This document shows, in pieces, positions 23,053 through 32,278 of a DNA stretch of 64,000 bases; the stretch's first letter is position 1, and each line of letters opens with the position of its first letter. The translations under genes were made by a program, and so were the position numbers. The notes beneath the pieces are model-generated. The model made no database searches. It was not told where the DNA came from and saw only the letters and a list, made by a program, of their open reading frames with translations. Origin of the DNA: a virus; the IMG/VR virus record IMGVR_UViG_3300010885_010784, positions 6,081 to 70,080 of that record. One strand, given 5' to 3'.

Positions 23053-25001
23053 TAATCTTTCCTCCTTGTGCCTGATGTTCCACCTGAGCCACCTGCTGAT
23101 GCAGATGCTGCTGCTGATGGTGCTGCTGCAGTAAGTGCTGCTCCTGTTGCTGCGTTGACTGCTGCTCCAACAGCAACAACTGCTGTCACAACAATCTTTT
23201 TAGATTCTTCTCTTACCTTTGGAGACATGTCAGAACCTACGTTACCCATAAAGTTAATTGCGTCTGCAAGGGCTACAACGGTTGCTCCAAGTACTGGCAC
23301 TGCTGCTAATTCTTCGTTTACTTCAATGTCGTCTGCTTGGGCTGCAACGAATAGGGCATCAAGAGCCTCTTCGTATTCTGGGGAGCCTTGCTCTGAATTT
23401 TCCAGGATTTCATTTGCTACAGATATAAGTTCTGTTACTTGCTCTTCTGAAAGGGATTGTGGGTCTACCGTCGCAACATTTACTGGTAACTCAGGTTCAC
23501 TGGGTTCGGGGGACACTGGCGGCTCTGGTTCTGGTAGCGGTTCTGGGATAATTTCTGTTGGCTTTTCAATAGGTTTCGGGGTCTCTTCAGGCGTAGGTGT
23601 TGGCTCGGTAAAAGGTGGAATGGCTTGTAGTTCTTGTTGACGGACAATCAATTCCTCCTGTTTATTTGTTACATCCAGGGATGCTACTTCAATTATACTT
23701 GCCTTTTCTGTCTGCGTAACTACCGATGTATTATAGTCTCTCTTAGCATCTGTCTGGTTACTTGTTGCTACCGATAAGTTTTGTTCTGCTGTAGAGACCT
23801 CAGCATTTGCCTGTATAATTGCTGGCAATAGTTCTGGGTTTTTAATCAATGGTGCTTCGGCATCCTCGTCTGGGACTAGCACAATAATTTCTTCTTCTCT
23901 AAATCTAAGTTCATCTCTAAATAAAGTAATCTCGTCATAGACAATAACCTCGTCGTACACAATCTCTTCTGTGTAATAAGTTACTTCCTGATACTTTACA
24001 ACTGGCTGATAAATTGTTTCTGTTACTGTTCGTTCTCCAAACCAAGTTGCAGGAACTATTGTCATGCTACCGCCAGCAACCTGTGACCAAAGTTGAACCC
24101 ATGCTCCGCCACCATTCTCATAGTAATACAAAGTAGTTGGGTATAGGATACCTGCTCTAATCCACATAGGCTGAGAGGTTGTTCCTCCACCACCCTTATC
24201 TCTCCAGTCATTAATAAGAGACATACCAGCAATAGTTAGTTTGACACCATCATCTCCTGGTGCATAGAAACTATACCAGTTGTCTTCTGGAACCATGATG
24301 TTTCCCTCAAACTTAACAAGAACATCTTCAGCCTTTCCAGAGTTTAGAACTAGACCACTAAACCATTGGAAGTCAATGTTGGGTACGTTCATGCTGGCAA
24401 GTGGTGTTTCTGATTCGGTTGGTATTGGTGGGGCATTGTTGTATCCTTGTCTATTGTAGGATGTTGCTGTAAGTCCACCTGGAACTACCGTTGTAACTTC
24501 AACTGGTTCATAATCTAAATAAGGCTGCATCTCTGTGTGCGGAACTAAAATTGTTCTTGGAACTAATTCTGTTCTTGGAACTAACTGGGTGTATGGGACC
24601 TGAACTGTATATGGTACTTGAATAGTTTCTACCTGTTCTTTAGTAGGTCTCACCCAGTCAGCATCTGGAATTAGTTTTGTGTTGTATTCTGTCTGAGCCA
24701 ATTCTAGGCTTGCTTGTGCTTTGGTTAAAAGTAATTCTTTACTCTGAACATCTATAATTTTATTATCTAGAATTGTTTTGTTTGACTCTACCGTGGCATC
24801 TATGATAGCCTTGTTATTTACGGCTGTCTGGTATGCTTCTTGAGCAACCACCAGAGCACTCTGGGCAGCACTAATCTTAGCCTCTGCTTCTGCAATAATC
24901 GCATTGTATTCATCCCTGGTTTGTGCAAGGGCTGGCGATGTAAAAAGTAAGCAAGAAAAGGCTAGGAATATGGCTAATATGAATCTAGGGGTTTTATTAA
25001 T
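23052..25001 (-). CDS. exported, membrane-anchored PA14-domain protein; probable ATT start
   Basis: PA14 motifs (NIDFQW, GDDGVKL, YYENGGGA); frame open 50 codons beyond the track start, giving a signal peptide; GAGGAG 7 nt before ATT 25001. Confidence 0.75.
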   Translation of the reverse strand: MNKTPRFILAIFLAFSCLLFTSPALAQTRDEYNAIIAEAEAKISAAQSALVVAQEAYQTAVNNKAIIDATVESNKTILDNKIIDVQSKELLLTKAQASLELAQTEYNTKLIPDADWVRPTKEQVETIQVPYTVQVPYTQLVPRTELVPRTILVPHTEMQPYLDYEPVEVTTVVPGGLTATSYNRQGYNNAPPIPTESETPLASMNVPNIDFQWFSGLVLNSGKAEDVLVKFEGNIMVPEDNWYSFYAPGDDGVKLTIAGMSLINDWRDKGGGGTTSQPMWIRAGILYPTTLYYYENGGGAWVQLWSQVAGGSMTIVPATWFGERTVTETIYQPVVKYQEVTYYTEEIVYDEVIVYDEITLFRDELRFREEEIIVLVPDEDAEAPLIKNPELLPAIIQANAEVSTAEQNLSVATSNQTDAKRDYNTSVVTQTEKASIIEVASLDVTNKQEELIVRQQELQAIPPFTEPTPTPEETPKPIEKPTEIIPEPLPEPEPPVSPEPSEPELPVNVATVDPQSLSEEQVTELISVANEILENSEQGSPEYEEALDALFVAAQADDIEVNEELAAVPVLGATVVALADAINFMGNVGSDMSPKVREESKKIVVTAVVAVGAAVNAATGAALTAAAPSAAASASAGGSGGTSGTRRKD

Positions 25002-25045
25002 TTATGTTCTCCTCGTTGGAAGTATCCAACAAGAACATTATACCA

Positions 25046-26842
25046 TTATATTACGTTAATGTTAAACTGTTTAAAGTACGATTCCAGGTCTTTATCTGCT
25101 GGTTTGTTACGCTGAATAATGCTACGCTTATCAAAGTCGTGCATTTCTTCTGTTGGCTTTCTGTCACGGAACGTGTGAATCTCTACCATCTGGTTTAGGT
25201 CTCTAGGTGTGTGAGAGATAGCACCAAAGATAGCACCGCATACAGCGTCTGCAAGGTCCTTGGAGGACTTTCTAGGGTGGTCTACACGATTACCCTTCAT
25301 AATCTTCAACTCAGTTAGTTCTTCAAACAGCAAGTCAATGGCTGGCAAGGCTAGTCGCTCTTCATAAACAAGCATAGCCATATCCTCATAGTGCTTCTTA
25401 GCAACAGAAACAGTCTCAGTCTTTATACCAACAGACTTCAGTTCATTCTGGATATCAAACGACTGCCAGCGGTCAAAGGAAACCATTCCAATATCAAAGC
25501 CTAGTCTGCGTAGGTTCTGAATCCACTGCTTTACTTCTGAAAGATTAACAGGACCTTCAATCTTTGGCTCCCAGTATACGACTGCATCTACTACTACGAT
25601 AGGCATTACTTGTGCGTAGTCCTTAACTACCTGGACATTTACCCACTTCTCAACGTGAGCAATGGCAACAGCACACTTGTCGTGTCGCTGTGCAAGGTCA
25701 GCATGAACAAAGTATTTTTTGTCTGGGTCAGGCTTAAATGAATCCATAAAACTTTTGTTAGTGTCAATAGGATTTACGATTGTCATACAAGCACGAATCT
25801 TTTCTTGCTGCTTGAAGAATGCATCGGACATGTAGGTTGGCACACACGCAAAACGTTGCATGGCATCACCGAGGTCTGTGTAGAATGCTAACTTAAAATC
25901 GTCAATCTTACGAGTAGGATTTACAACCCAGGTTGGTCTCTTGATAGCAAACATTCCTGGAAACTTGTAGGATAGAATATTGTCTTCATCCCACTCAATC
26001 TCAAGGGTGTTTCCTTCTGCGTCTTCTGGCAAGTCTTCATTCATAATAAACTTGTGATGCTTTGTGATAACTTCCTTTTCAGCAATCACGGCATCGTATC
26101 TCTGCGAGATAAAGTCTCCTGGGTAACGAGGGAAAGATAGCAGTGCTACTTTGCCTAAATCTGGAAAGCGAGAGTCTACGGAAGCACGGAAGGCTTTGTA
26201 GATATTGTCAGCAGTCTTGCCTTGGTCATTACCTGTGTTTACTTCTTGTGCGAAACCAGAAATCTCGTCCAGTACCGCTAGGATAAGGTTAAGACCTTCG
26301 TGAGACTCACGCTCAGAGTGACCAGAGTAAACGGTAATGGCTTGGTCAAACTCAATGCTGTCTGCTTTGGCGTAGAACTTTCCAGCGAACCAAGGTGAGC
26401 GTTCAATCTTATTCTTGAAGCCCTTGAAGAAAACGTTCTTAGCCTGTTGTGCGTTAATAGCAATGTTAATAATATCAATAGCGTCACCAGTAGGCTTACC
26501 AAAATAACGAGCAGGGTCTTTAAGACAAAGTAACTTATAAACGATATAGCAACAGGCAACTGTAGAAACAAAGTCCTTACCAGAACCCTTGCCTAGTTGT
26601 AGGATAACTTCATTCTTAGTATACTTCTTGTAGTATCTGCGACCTTCTGTCTCCCCCAGGATTTCAATAACTTCTTCTAGTTTGTAGATTTGGCTCATAG
26701 CCTCTACAATGTCGTACTGAATTTGTGATAGTGGTGGTTGCTGAAGATAATCTTCACCTTCCACAAATGTTTTAACGTCTACTGGATTTTCAGCAAAGAC
26801 ATTACTTTTCAGTACTTCAAAAAACTCATTGAACATTGACAA
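25046..26842 (-). CDS. terL: terminase large subunit
   Basis: Walker A LGKGSGKD, Walker B AVLDE, RNase H-like HADLA...KDLADA; start TTG 26842 or ATG 26836. Confidence 0.9.
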   Translation of the reverse strand: MSMFNEFFEVLKSNVFAENPVDVKTFVEGEDYLQQPPLSQIQYDIVEAMSQIYKLEEVIEILGETEGRRYYKKYTKNEVILQLGKGSGKDFVSTVACCYIVYKLLCLKDPARYFGKPTGDAIDIINIAINAQQAKNVFFKGFKNKIERSPWFAGKFYAKADSIEFDQAITVYSGHSERESHEGLNLILAVLDEISGFAQEVNTGNDQGKTADNIYKAFRASVDSRFPDLGKVALLSFPRYPGDFISQRYDAVIAEKEVITKHHKFIMNEDLPEDAEGNTLEIEWDEDNILSYKFPGMFAIKRPTWVVNPTRKIDDFKLAFYTDLGDAMQRFACVPTYMSDAFFKQQEKIRACMTIVNPIDTNKSFMDSFKPDPDKKYFVHADLAQRHDKCAVAIAHVEKWVNVQVVKDYAQVMPIVVVDAVVYWEPKIEGPVNLSEVKQWIQNLRRLGFDIGMVSFDRWQSFDIQNELKSVGIKTETVSVAKKHYEDMAMLVYEERLALPAIDLLFEELTELKIMKGNRVDHPRKSSKDLADAVCGAIFGAISHTPRDLNQMVEIHTFRDRKPTEEMHDFDKRSIIQRNKPADKDLESYFKQFNINVI

Positions 26843-27359
26843 TAGTTATTACTTCCTGCTCCCTAGATACCTGAGAAAGCCTACGCATAATCTCGTCTCG
26901 TACCTGCGGATACTCGCTTGCAATATCTCTAAGAATACCAACAAGGATATCCTGCTTACGTTCAATCTCTAGCATTTCTTCTGCAAGTTCTTTGTTCTCA
27001 AGTAGACCAGCCTTTTGTAGCATGTCTATACGAGTCTTCTCTAGGTCCATCACAAGTTTAATACCTGCAGTCTTAGCACCCAGATTTGCAATTGTAGTTG
27101 CATCATCAATGACTTCGTATGCCTTGGCAATAAGTCTGCTGTAGTGTGTGTCTGCTCCGACCAAGGCTTCTTTAGCCCTAGCACGGATAGCAGCATTATC
27201 GGAAGCCATTACACGCCATTGGTTGATGTGTGCTACAACCTTTTGACGTGGCAGTGCAAGTTCTTTAGAGATTTGGGTAGGCTCTTCGCCCTGGAGATAC
27301 TTCTCCACAACCTTGTTCATCTCGTCAAGATGCTCTACTGTTAATTCTTCAATCGACAA
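26826..27359 (-). CDS. probable terminase small subunit
   Basis: N-terminal HTH-like segment plus helical body, directly upstream of terL. Confidence 0.6.
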   Translation of the reverse strand: MSIEELTVEHLDEMNKVVEKYLQGEEPTQISKELALPRQKVVAHINQWRVMASDNAAIRARAKEALVGADTHYSRLIAKAYEVIDDATTIANLGAKTAGIKLVMDLEKTRIDMLQKAGLLENKELAEEMLEIERKQDILVGILRDIASEYPQVRDEIMRRLSQVSREQEVITIVNVQ

Positions 27360-27636
27360 TCTTTTTACGCCTTCCCCTGCGAGCAGGGATTCTCTTTACT
27401 CTCTCAATTGCAAATGAGCAGTACTGTCCTGACGTTGCTTTTTGCACTTCAAAACAGTCTATCCATGTTGCACCAGTCTCAGTGTTAGTAACAACACTAT
27501 CGAACTTAAACTTACGTCCATGCTCGTCCTGTATCTTAATTATATCACCCTTGGCGATTGTGAATGTGCCAACCTGTAGTTCGTATACACGAGAGAACTT
27601 TGTTGGTGCTGGCTTAGTTTTCCTGCGACTAATCAT
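27349..27636 (-). CDS. basic hypothetical protein (SH3-like)
   Basis: 95 aa, in operon. Confidence 0.7.
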   Translation of the reverse strand: MISRRKTKPAPTKFSRVYELQVGTFTIAKGDIIKIQDEHGRKFKFDSVVTNTETGATWIDCFEVQKATSGQYCSFAIERVKRIPARRGRRKKIVD

Positions 27637-28112
27637 CAGTTAGGCAATTCCAGTTTCTCGTCTACCGAAAATACTAGGGCTAACTGTTCTCCAGGTTTTA
27701 CAGTCAGGTCTAGGATGCCTACCTCAGCAAATTTCCAATCTTCTTTTGGTGTACGAACAAGCAATGCCCAGTAAGCAAACTCTGCTGGCATATCTGTACA
27801 CTTCTCAACATAACCCTTGTGCTTGTCAGACTTGATTGGGTCAATAGCGTTTGGGAGTGCATTTACACGACAGATGATTTGAAGACCATACTTGTCTGTT
27901 CCATAGATGGCATAGCCAGCAAGGTTGAAGGCTGTCATTGCGTTAATCTCGTTACCCACAGCAACACACTGAGAAATCTTTTCATTCTTGAGTGACTGAA
28001 AGTCCACAATTACAGTTACGCAATTGTCTGAGGATACTACGTTTAGCGGTTGAGAGCAACCAGTGGTTGCTAGTGTAAGCCCCAATGCCAGGGCTAGTGC
28101 TGTCTTCTTCAT
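27636..28112 (-). CDS. lipoprotein, DUF4430/transcobalamin-C-like candidate
   Basis: Lipobox LATTGC; VTVIVDF...GTDKYG..ICRVN.LP...YWAL pattern. Confidence 0.6.
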   Translation of the reverse strand: MKKTALALALGLTLATTGCSQPLNVVSSDNCVTVIVDFQSLKNEKISQCVAVGNEINAMTAFNLAGYAIYGTDKYGLQIICRVNALPNAIDPIKSDKHKGYVEKCTDMPAEFAYWALLVRTPKEDWKFAEVGILDLTVKPGEQLALVFSVDEKLELPN

Positions 28113-28264
28113 CGTTTTGATTTCCTTAATCCGAACTTGGCTAAGTATACATAGATAGTTTCTACGCTAGTGCCACATTCTTTTGCAATATCTTGAGGCG
28201 TTTTCTTATCTAAGTGGTAACGCTTCTTTAACCACGCTTCACTAGTATACAACTTATTTGCCAT
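28109..28264 (-). CDS. small HTH DNA-binding protein
   Basis: MANKLYTSEAWLKKRY...TPQDIAKECGTSVETIYVYL. Confidence 0.8.
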   Translation of the reverse strand: MANKLYTSEAWLKKRYHLDKKTPQDIAKECGTSVETIYVYLAKFGLRKSKR

Positions 28265-28268
28265 GATG

Positions 28269-28844
28269 TCAATACCCAAAAGCCTTGTCCCAATTAGACA
28301 AAGCCCAGTGACCAATTGCACACGCATCTGCAACATCATCATCGTCTAGTTGTTTATCATAATTAATATTGATAAAGTTAATTGTTCTCTGCTTGCGAAC
28401 CTTACGTTCTTCACCCTTAAACCAGGAGACAGACTTGCCTGGATTCTTCTTTTGAATCTCATGCTTTTCTTCTTTAGTTAGTTTTTTATTACCAATAAAG
28501 TTCTGCCATGTCATAGGTGAGACTGAACCAATCTTCTTTACCCCAGCCATAGAAGCAGCCCCAAGAAGTGCTCCCTGGACCATAGCCAGTTGTGCAGCAG
28601 TCTTAGGGCTGTTCATAAATACTGTGTGTTCAATTATGACTGCTTCAAAGTTAAAATTATCAAAGAAGGACTTTGTTTTTCTAGCGGCATCCATAACCTT
28701 ATCGTATGTTGCCAGACCCTCAAAATTAATCTTGCCACAAGCAATAATCTTTTTATCTTCAAAGATTGCAAACGCAAGACTGTTGGTACTAGCATCAATG
28801 GCACAGAACTGTTTTGGTTTCTTAATCAAATTCAATTTTACCAT
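28269..28844 (-). CDS. ruvC: RuvC-like Holliday junction resolvase
   Basis: AIDASTNSLA, IIEH and DDVADACAIG catalytic motifs. Confidence 0.85.
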   Translation of the reverse strand: MVKLNLIKKPKQFCAIDASTNSLAFAIFEDKKIIACGKINFEGLATYDKVMDAARKTKSFFDNFNFEAVIIEHTVFMNSPKTAAQLAMVQGALLGAASMAGVKKIGSVSPMTWQNFIGNKKLTKEEKHEIQKKNPGKSVSWFKGEERKVRKQRTINFININYDKQLDDDDVADACAIGHWALSNWDKAFGY

Positions 28845-29121
28845 TGGCTATTCCCTTAATCTGTTTTAGTATTTGTAGAACATCATCTGGATTTGATTCG
28901 CATGATAAGCAGGTCTGGCTATCATTATAGGCTGAGATTTGTTTACCGCATGACTTGCATGGTCTAATCTTACCTTGACGCTTTTTTACTTTGTCACGAT
29001 TATACTTCTCAAGAATCTTCTCTTTAGTTGCTTCTTCCCTACACAGGGCAGAGCAGTATATCTGATAAGATAACTTAGTATCGAATTGGTTATCGCAGTA
29101 ACTACAGTGTTTGCTTTTCAT
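28822..29121 (-). CDS. zinc-finger protein
   Basis: CxxC, YCSxxC, CxxC, CxxC. Confidence 0.7.
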   Translation of the reverse strand: MKSKHCSYCDNQFDTKLSYQIYCSALCREEATKEKILEKYNRDKVKKRQGKIRPCKSCGKQISAYNDSQTCLSCESNPDDVLQILKQIKGIANGKIEFD

Positions 29122-29911
29122 CTAGTGGCTCCAAAGATTTAATTTTAATCTCTCCAGAACCAGCAGAGGCACATGCAGCCTGAATAGGGCATGTCTTGCA
29201 AATCTTTGAGTTTGAACGATAATTTTTCTCTGGCAGGGTTTTATCTTCCCAAGCCTTTCGAACATTTCTCATCCACTCAAAAGCGTTCTCTACCCACTCG
29301 TACATGTACTGATTTAATTCTACAGGAAAAATCAACAGTTCGTGATTGTTCTTGTTCTCATAAATCAGGATTGCCTTATTCTTGTTTAGAATCTTCATGT
29401 AAATAAGCAACTGGACCATGTGTCCCAGTTTTGGTTTCCCTGCTGCTTTACGATATTCGAAACCTTCGTTAGGCATTGTTTTGATTTCACCGAGAAGTTC
29501 TGAGCCTTCCCAGTTAAGAATAACGTCACCATATCCAAAGATTGGTGGGCTATCATATGTTACTTTAAATTCAGAATCTACAAGCAGACCAGGGACGCTG
29601 CCCATTGCTGTTTGAATTCTTTCGTGAGCCTTTGTACCAGCGGTCATGTTTGCACCACCATAGGCATCGGCGTTGTCTGTAAAGTTTGCACCCTCAAAGG
29701 CTAGATACCAATAGCGAGGACACTCTCCGTGAGAGAATGCAATCGTGCTTGGTGCGAATGTCTTCTTGGTCTGAAACTTGTCTACACGATTGATAGTATA
29801 ACCAGAGTTAATCTTTTCAATCAGTGCTTCTTTGTCAATGAATGATGGCTTCGAATTTGGATTCGATTCAATCTTCTTGAGCATTACTTGTTGCAATAAA
29901 CTTTTTGCCAT
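29102..29911 (-). CDS. Cas4-like PD-(D/E)xK exonuclease
   Basis: CPRYWY, GTKAHE, GYGD...EIKT, QLLIY and CKTCPIQAAC motifs. Confidence 0.85.
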   Translation of the reverse strand: MAKSLLQQVMLKKIESNPNSKPSFIDKEALIEKINSGYTINRVDKFQTKKTFAPSTIAFSHGECPRYWYLAFEGANFTDNADAYGGANMTAGTKAHERIQTAMGSVPGLLVDSEFKVTYDSPPIFGYGDVILNWEGSELLGEIKTMPNEGFEYRKAAGKPKLGHMVQLLIYMKILNKNKAILIYENKNNHELLIFPVELNQYMYEWVENAFEWMRNVRKAWEDKTLPEKNYRSNSKICKTCPIQAACASAGSGEIKIKSLEPLDEKQTL

Positions 29912-29918
29912 AACGACA

Positions 29919-30224
29919 CTAGCGAGTAATATATTTAAGAGCCGAAACTAAGTTGTTGATTGACTCAGCAGCGGTGTAATAAATATTCTTCTTCGCTCTA
30001 TCTCCTTTATCTACATTGGTTAGCCATGTGGCTTTGAAGGACATCTTTGCTGCAATTGCTTGCAAACGTACAATCTCCACTTGAGCAACATTTAGCGGAA
30101 TGTCTGGCTTAAGAATTACCTTAGCAATAAAAGTAAGAGCAGTAGTCAGTTCCTCGTCATTCATGTAGTCAGCAATCTCTGTGAGACCGTTGACCATATC
30201 AATTGTGTTAGTTGTTTGTTCCAT
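29919..30224 (-). CDS. hypothetical helical protein
   Basis: 101 aa, in operon. Confidence 0.75.
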   Translation of the reverse strand: MEQTTNTIDMVNGLTEIADYMNDEELTTALTFIAKVILKPDIPLNVAQVEIVRLQAIAAKMSFKATWLTNVDKGDRAKKNIYYTAAESINNLVSALKYITR

Positions 30225-30250
30225 TTTGTTTCCTTAATGTTGTAGTTCTA

Positions 30251-30550
30251 TTATACACTATCAGGTGGCAGTTGGTCAAGTATCATCTCTAACAGGCTGA
30301 ACTCAATAACAGCGAGGCGAGTCTTAATTCCTGAATCGCCCAGTACGACAACAATGATAGGGTCATTGTTATTACGGATAGCGTCAGTAGTAGCCTTAGC
30401 CCAAACCTCTTTGTTAAGTGTAAAGGACTTGCCAACTTCCTTGAAATCGGCTGTGAAGTTCCTCCAAGTAGCATCCCCCTTGTGGGTATTCCTCCCAGAG
30501 TTCTTGTGTTGCTTGGCATCAATACGTTTAGACTCACTACGCTCACTCAT
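30251..30550 (-). CDS. small PD-(D/E)xK nuclease / resolvase-like protein
   Basis: NSGR...KGDA......DFKE..KSFTL. Confidence 0.65.
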   Translation of the reverse strand: MSERSESKRIDAKQHKNSGRNTHKGDATWRNFTADFKEVGKSFTLNKEVWAKATTDAIRNNNDPIIVVVLGDSGIKTRLAVIEFSLLEMILDQLPPDSV

Positions 30551-30713
30551 AATCCTTCCTAGATTTCTTTGTACTCAAGTTTACCACACTGACGTGTTTT
30601 TCGGGACACATCCATGTAATTTCTTTTGTCTCAGGATATACCCTAACAGTCTTTACCTCTACCTTACAGGTGTGACAAGGAAAACTACCAGGATAAATAG
30701 TGTACTTAGCCAT
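30543..30713 (-). CDS. small zinc-ribbon protein (56 aa)
   Basis: MAKYTIYPGSFPCHTC...WMCPEKH; not in ORF track. Confidence 0.7.
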   Translation of the reverse strand: MAKYTIYPGSFPCHTCKVEVKTVRVYPETKEITWMCPEKHVSVVNLSTKKSRKDYE

Positions 30714-31719
30714 TGTTATTTACCATAGCCTTAATGCTGTCCTGTAGGTCTAGGTCTTCTCGTACTCTTGCTACGAACTTATCTCTACCCTGCAACTTAG
30801 TGCCGTCAGGAAGGATGTACCAGGCTCCTGTACGCTCTACAATGCCCATCATCTCTGCAGTATCAACCAAGTCTCCAATGCTGTCAATGCCCACCAGAGG
30901 ACCTCTGAAGTAGAAGTCGTATTCACCAGACTGGAAGCCAGGAGAGGTCTTAGAGAACTGGAGTTCCCAGCGAACCTTACGACCAATCTTTTCTTCAATC
31001 AGTTTATCGCCAATCGCAATCTTACCCTTGATGGCTTGATTGTCTGACTCAGAACTAAATAGTTTAATTACTGTTGATGAATAGAACTTGGTAGCCTGTC
31101 CACCTGTTGGCTGTTGGCTAGTGTACATAGCAGAGATGTTGTTACGGCTCTGACTAATCAGAACAAACAGCGTTGGCTTTACTTTGTTATTAGCATAGTT
31201 AAGCATCTTCCATGCGTTACTGAAGTCACGAGACTCTGCACCAATCTGCTTAGTGTTTTCTAGTTGCTTGAGTTCGTCAGTATCCTTCTCAAAATAAATA
31301 GCAGGTAGTAGAGATGTGATTGAGTCAACCACAATAATATCTACACCAGCATTCATTAGATTAGTTCCTACATCCACCATCTCGTTAATTGTACGAGCCT
31401 GTGAGACGATTAGGTTGTTCGTATCTACCCCAAGTTTCTTAGCCCAGTCTTCCGAGTAGGACATCTCAGCATCAATCCAAGCACATAATTTACCCTCTTC
31501 TTGTGCTTGAGCAATCATCTGTAGGCAAAGTGAAGACTTTGCAGACGACTTGCTTCCCCAGATTAATACCTGACGACCCATTGGGAGACCACCCAGCAAA
31601 GCACGGTTAAGACCGAAACTAGGAGTAGCCTGATAGGTTGTTTCAAAACCAGCACCATTAGACAGACGCTTACGAATGCGTGGGTCTAGTTGTGCCATTG
31701 CTTCTTCAAATGTGGTCAT
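30706..31719 (-). CDS. recA: RecA/UvsX-like recombinase
   Basis: GGLPMGR, GSKSSAKS P-loop, WIDAE, IVVDS, GGQATKFYSS and GAWY motifs. Confidence 0.92.
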   Translation of the reverse strand: MTTFEEAMAQLDPRIRKRLSNGAGFETTYQATPSFGLNRALLGGLPMGRQVLIWGSKSSAKSSLCLQMIAQAQEEGKLCAWIDAEMSYSEDWAKKLGVDTNNLIVSQARTINEMVDVGTNLMNAGVDIIVVDSITSLLPAIYFEKDTDELKQLENTKQIGAESRDFSNAWKMLNYANNKVKPTLFVLISQSRNNISAMYTSQQPTGGQATKFYSSTVIKLFSSESDNQAIKGKIAIGDKLIEEKIGRKVRWELQFSKTSPGFQSGEYDFYFRGPLVGIDSIGDLVDTAEMMGIVERTGAWYILPDGTKLQGRDKFVARVREDLDLQDSIKAMVNNNG

Positions 31720-31943
31720 TTGATTGCTCCTAACTTGTCTGGCTTAAATCCAGACCAGGTTTCTGTGTCTGTTACTACGATTGGTGCAGCCTTGAATCCC
31801 TGATTAACAAACTCAACCAACTTCTCATAGTTGTCGTCTGACTGTAGATTTTCTACGGTGTACTCAATGCCTTCTTTATCCAAAAACTTTTTGGTCTGCT
31901 CACATTGAACGCAGTTTGGATTTGTATATACAATTACTGACAT
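31716..31943 (-). CDS. nrdH: NrdH-like glutaredoxin
   Basis: CVQC active site; APIV....WSGFKPD. Confidence 0.9.
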   Translation of the reverse strand: MSVIVYTNPNCVQCEQTKKFLDKEGIEYTVENLQSDDNYEKLVEFVNQGFKAAPIVVTDTETWSGFKPDKLGAIK

Positions 31944-32278
31944 TAGAAACGTACTCCGTGCTTCTCTGGACGAGTCTTGTTGAATCCAGTCTTGTTTTCA
32001 AATGCGTAGTCCAGGGAGACAGTTGTGTAACCGTGCTCTACCAAACCAGCATAAAGGTCAAGTGTGCGAATAAGAATGTCTGAGAACTCTGCAGCAATCT
32101 CGTCTTCGCCCTTGTCTTTGCGGATTGCTTCCATAACCTCAGTAACTTCTGACACAATCATCATTAGTTGTTTAGTTACGAATATGTCTACCTGTTCTTC
32201 GGTAGCCTCGTCAATCACTTTCCAGAAACCTTTTTTGACTGCGGTTTCATGCAGTTGCATTGCTAGTTCATCAAACAT
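31943..32278 (-). CDS. MazG-like nucleotide pyrophosphohydrolase
   Basis: SEVTEVMEAIRK...EFSDILIR. Confidence 0.85.
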   Translation of the reverse strand: MFDELAMQLHETAVKKGFWKVIDEATEEQVDIFVTKQLMMIVSEVTEVMEAIRKDKGEDEIAAEFSDILIRTLDLYAGLVEHGYTTVSLDYAFENKTGFNKTRPEKHGVRF

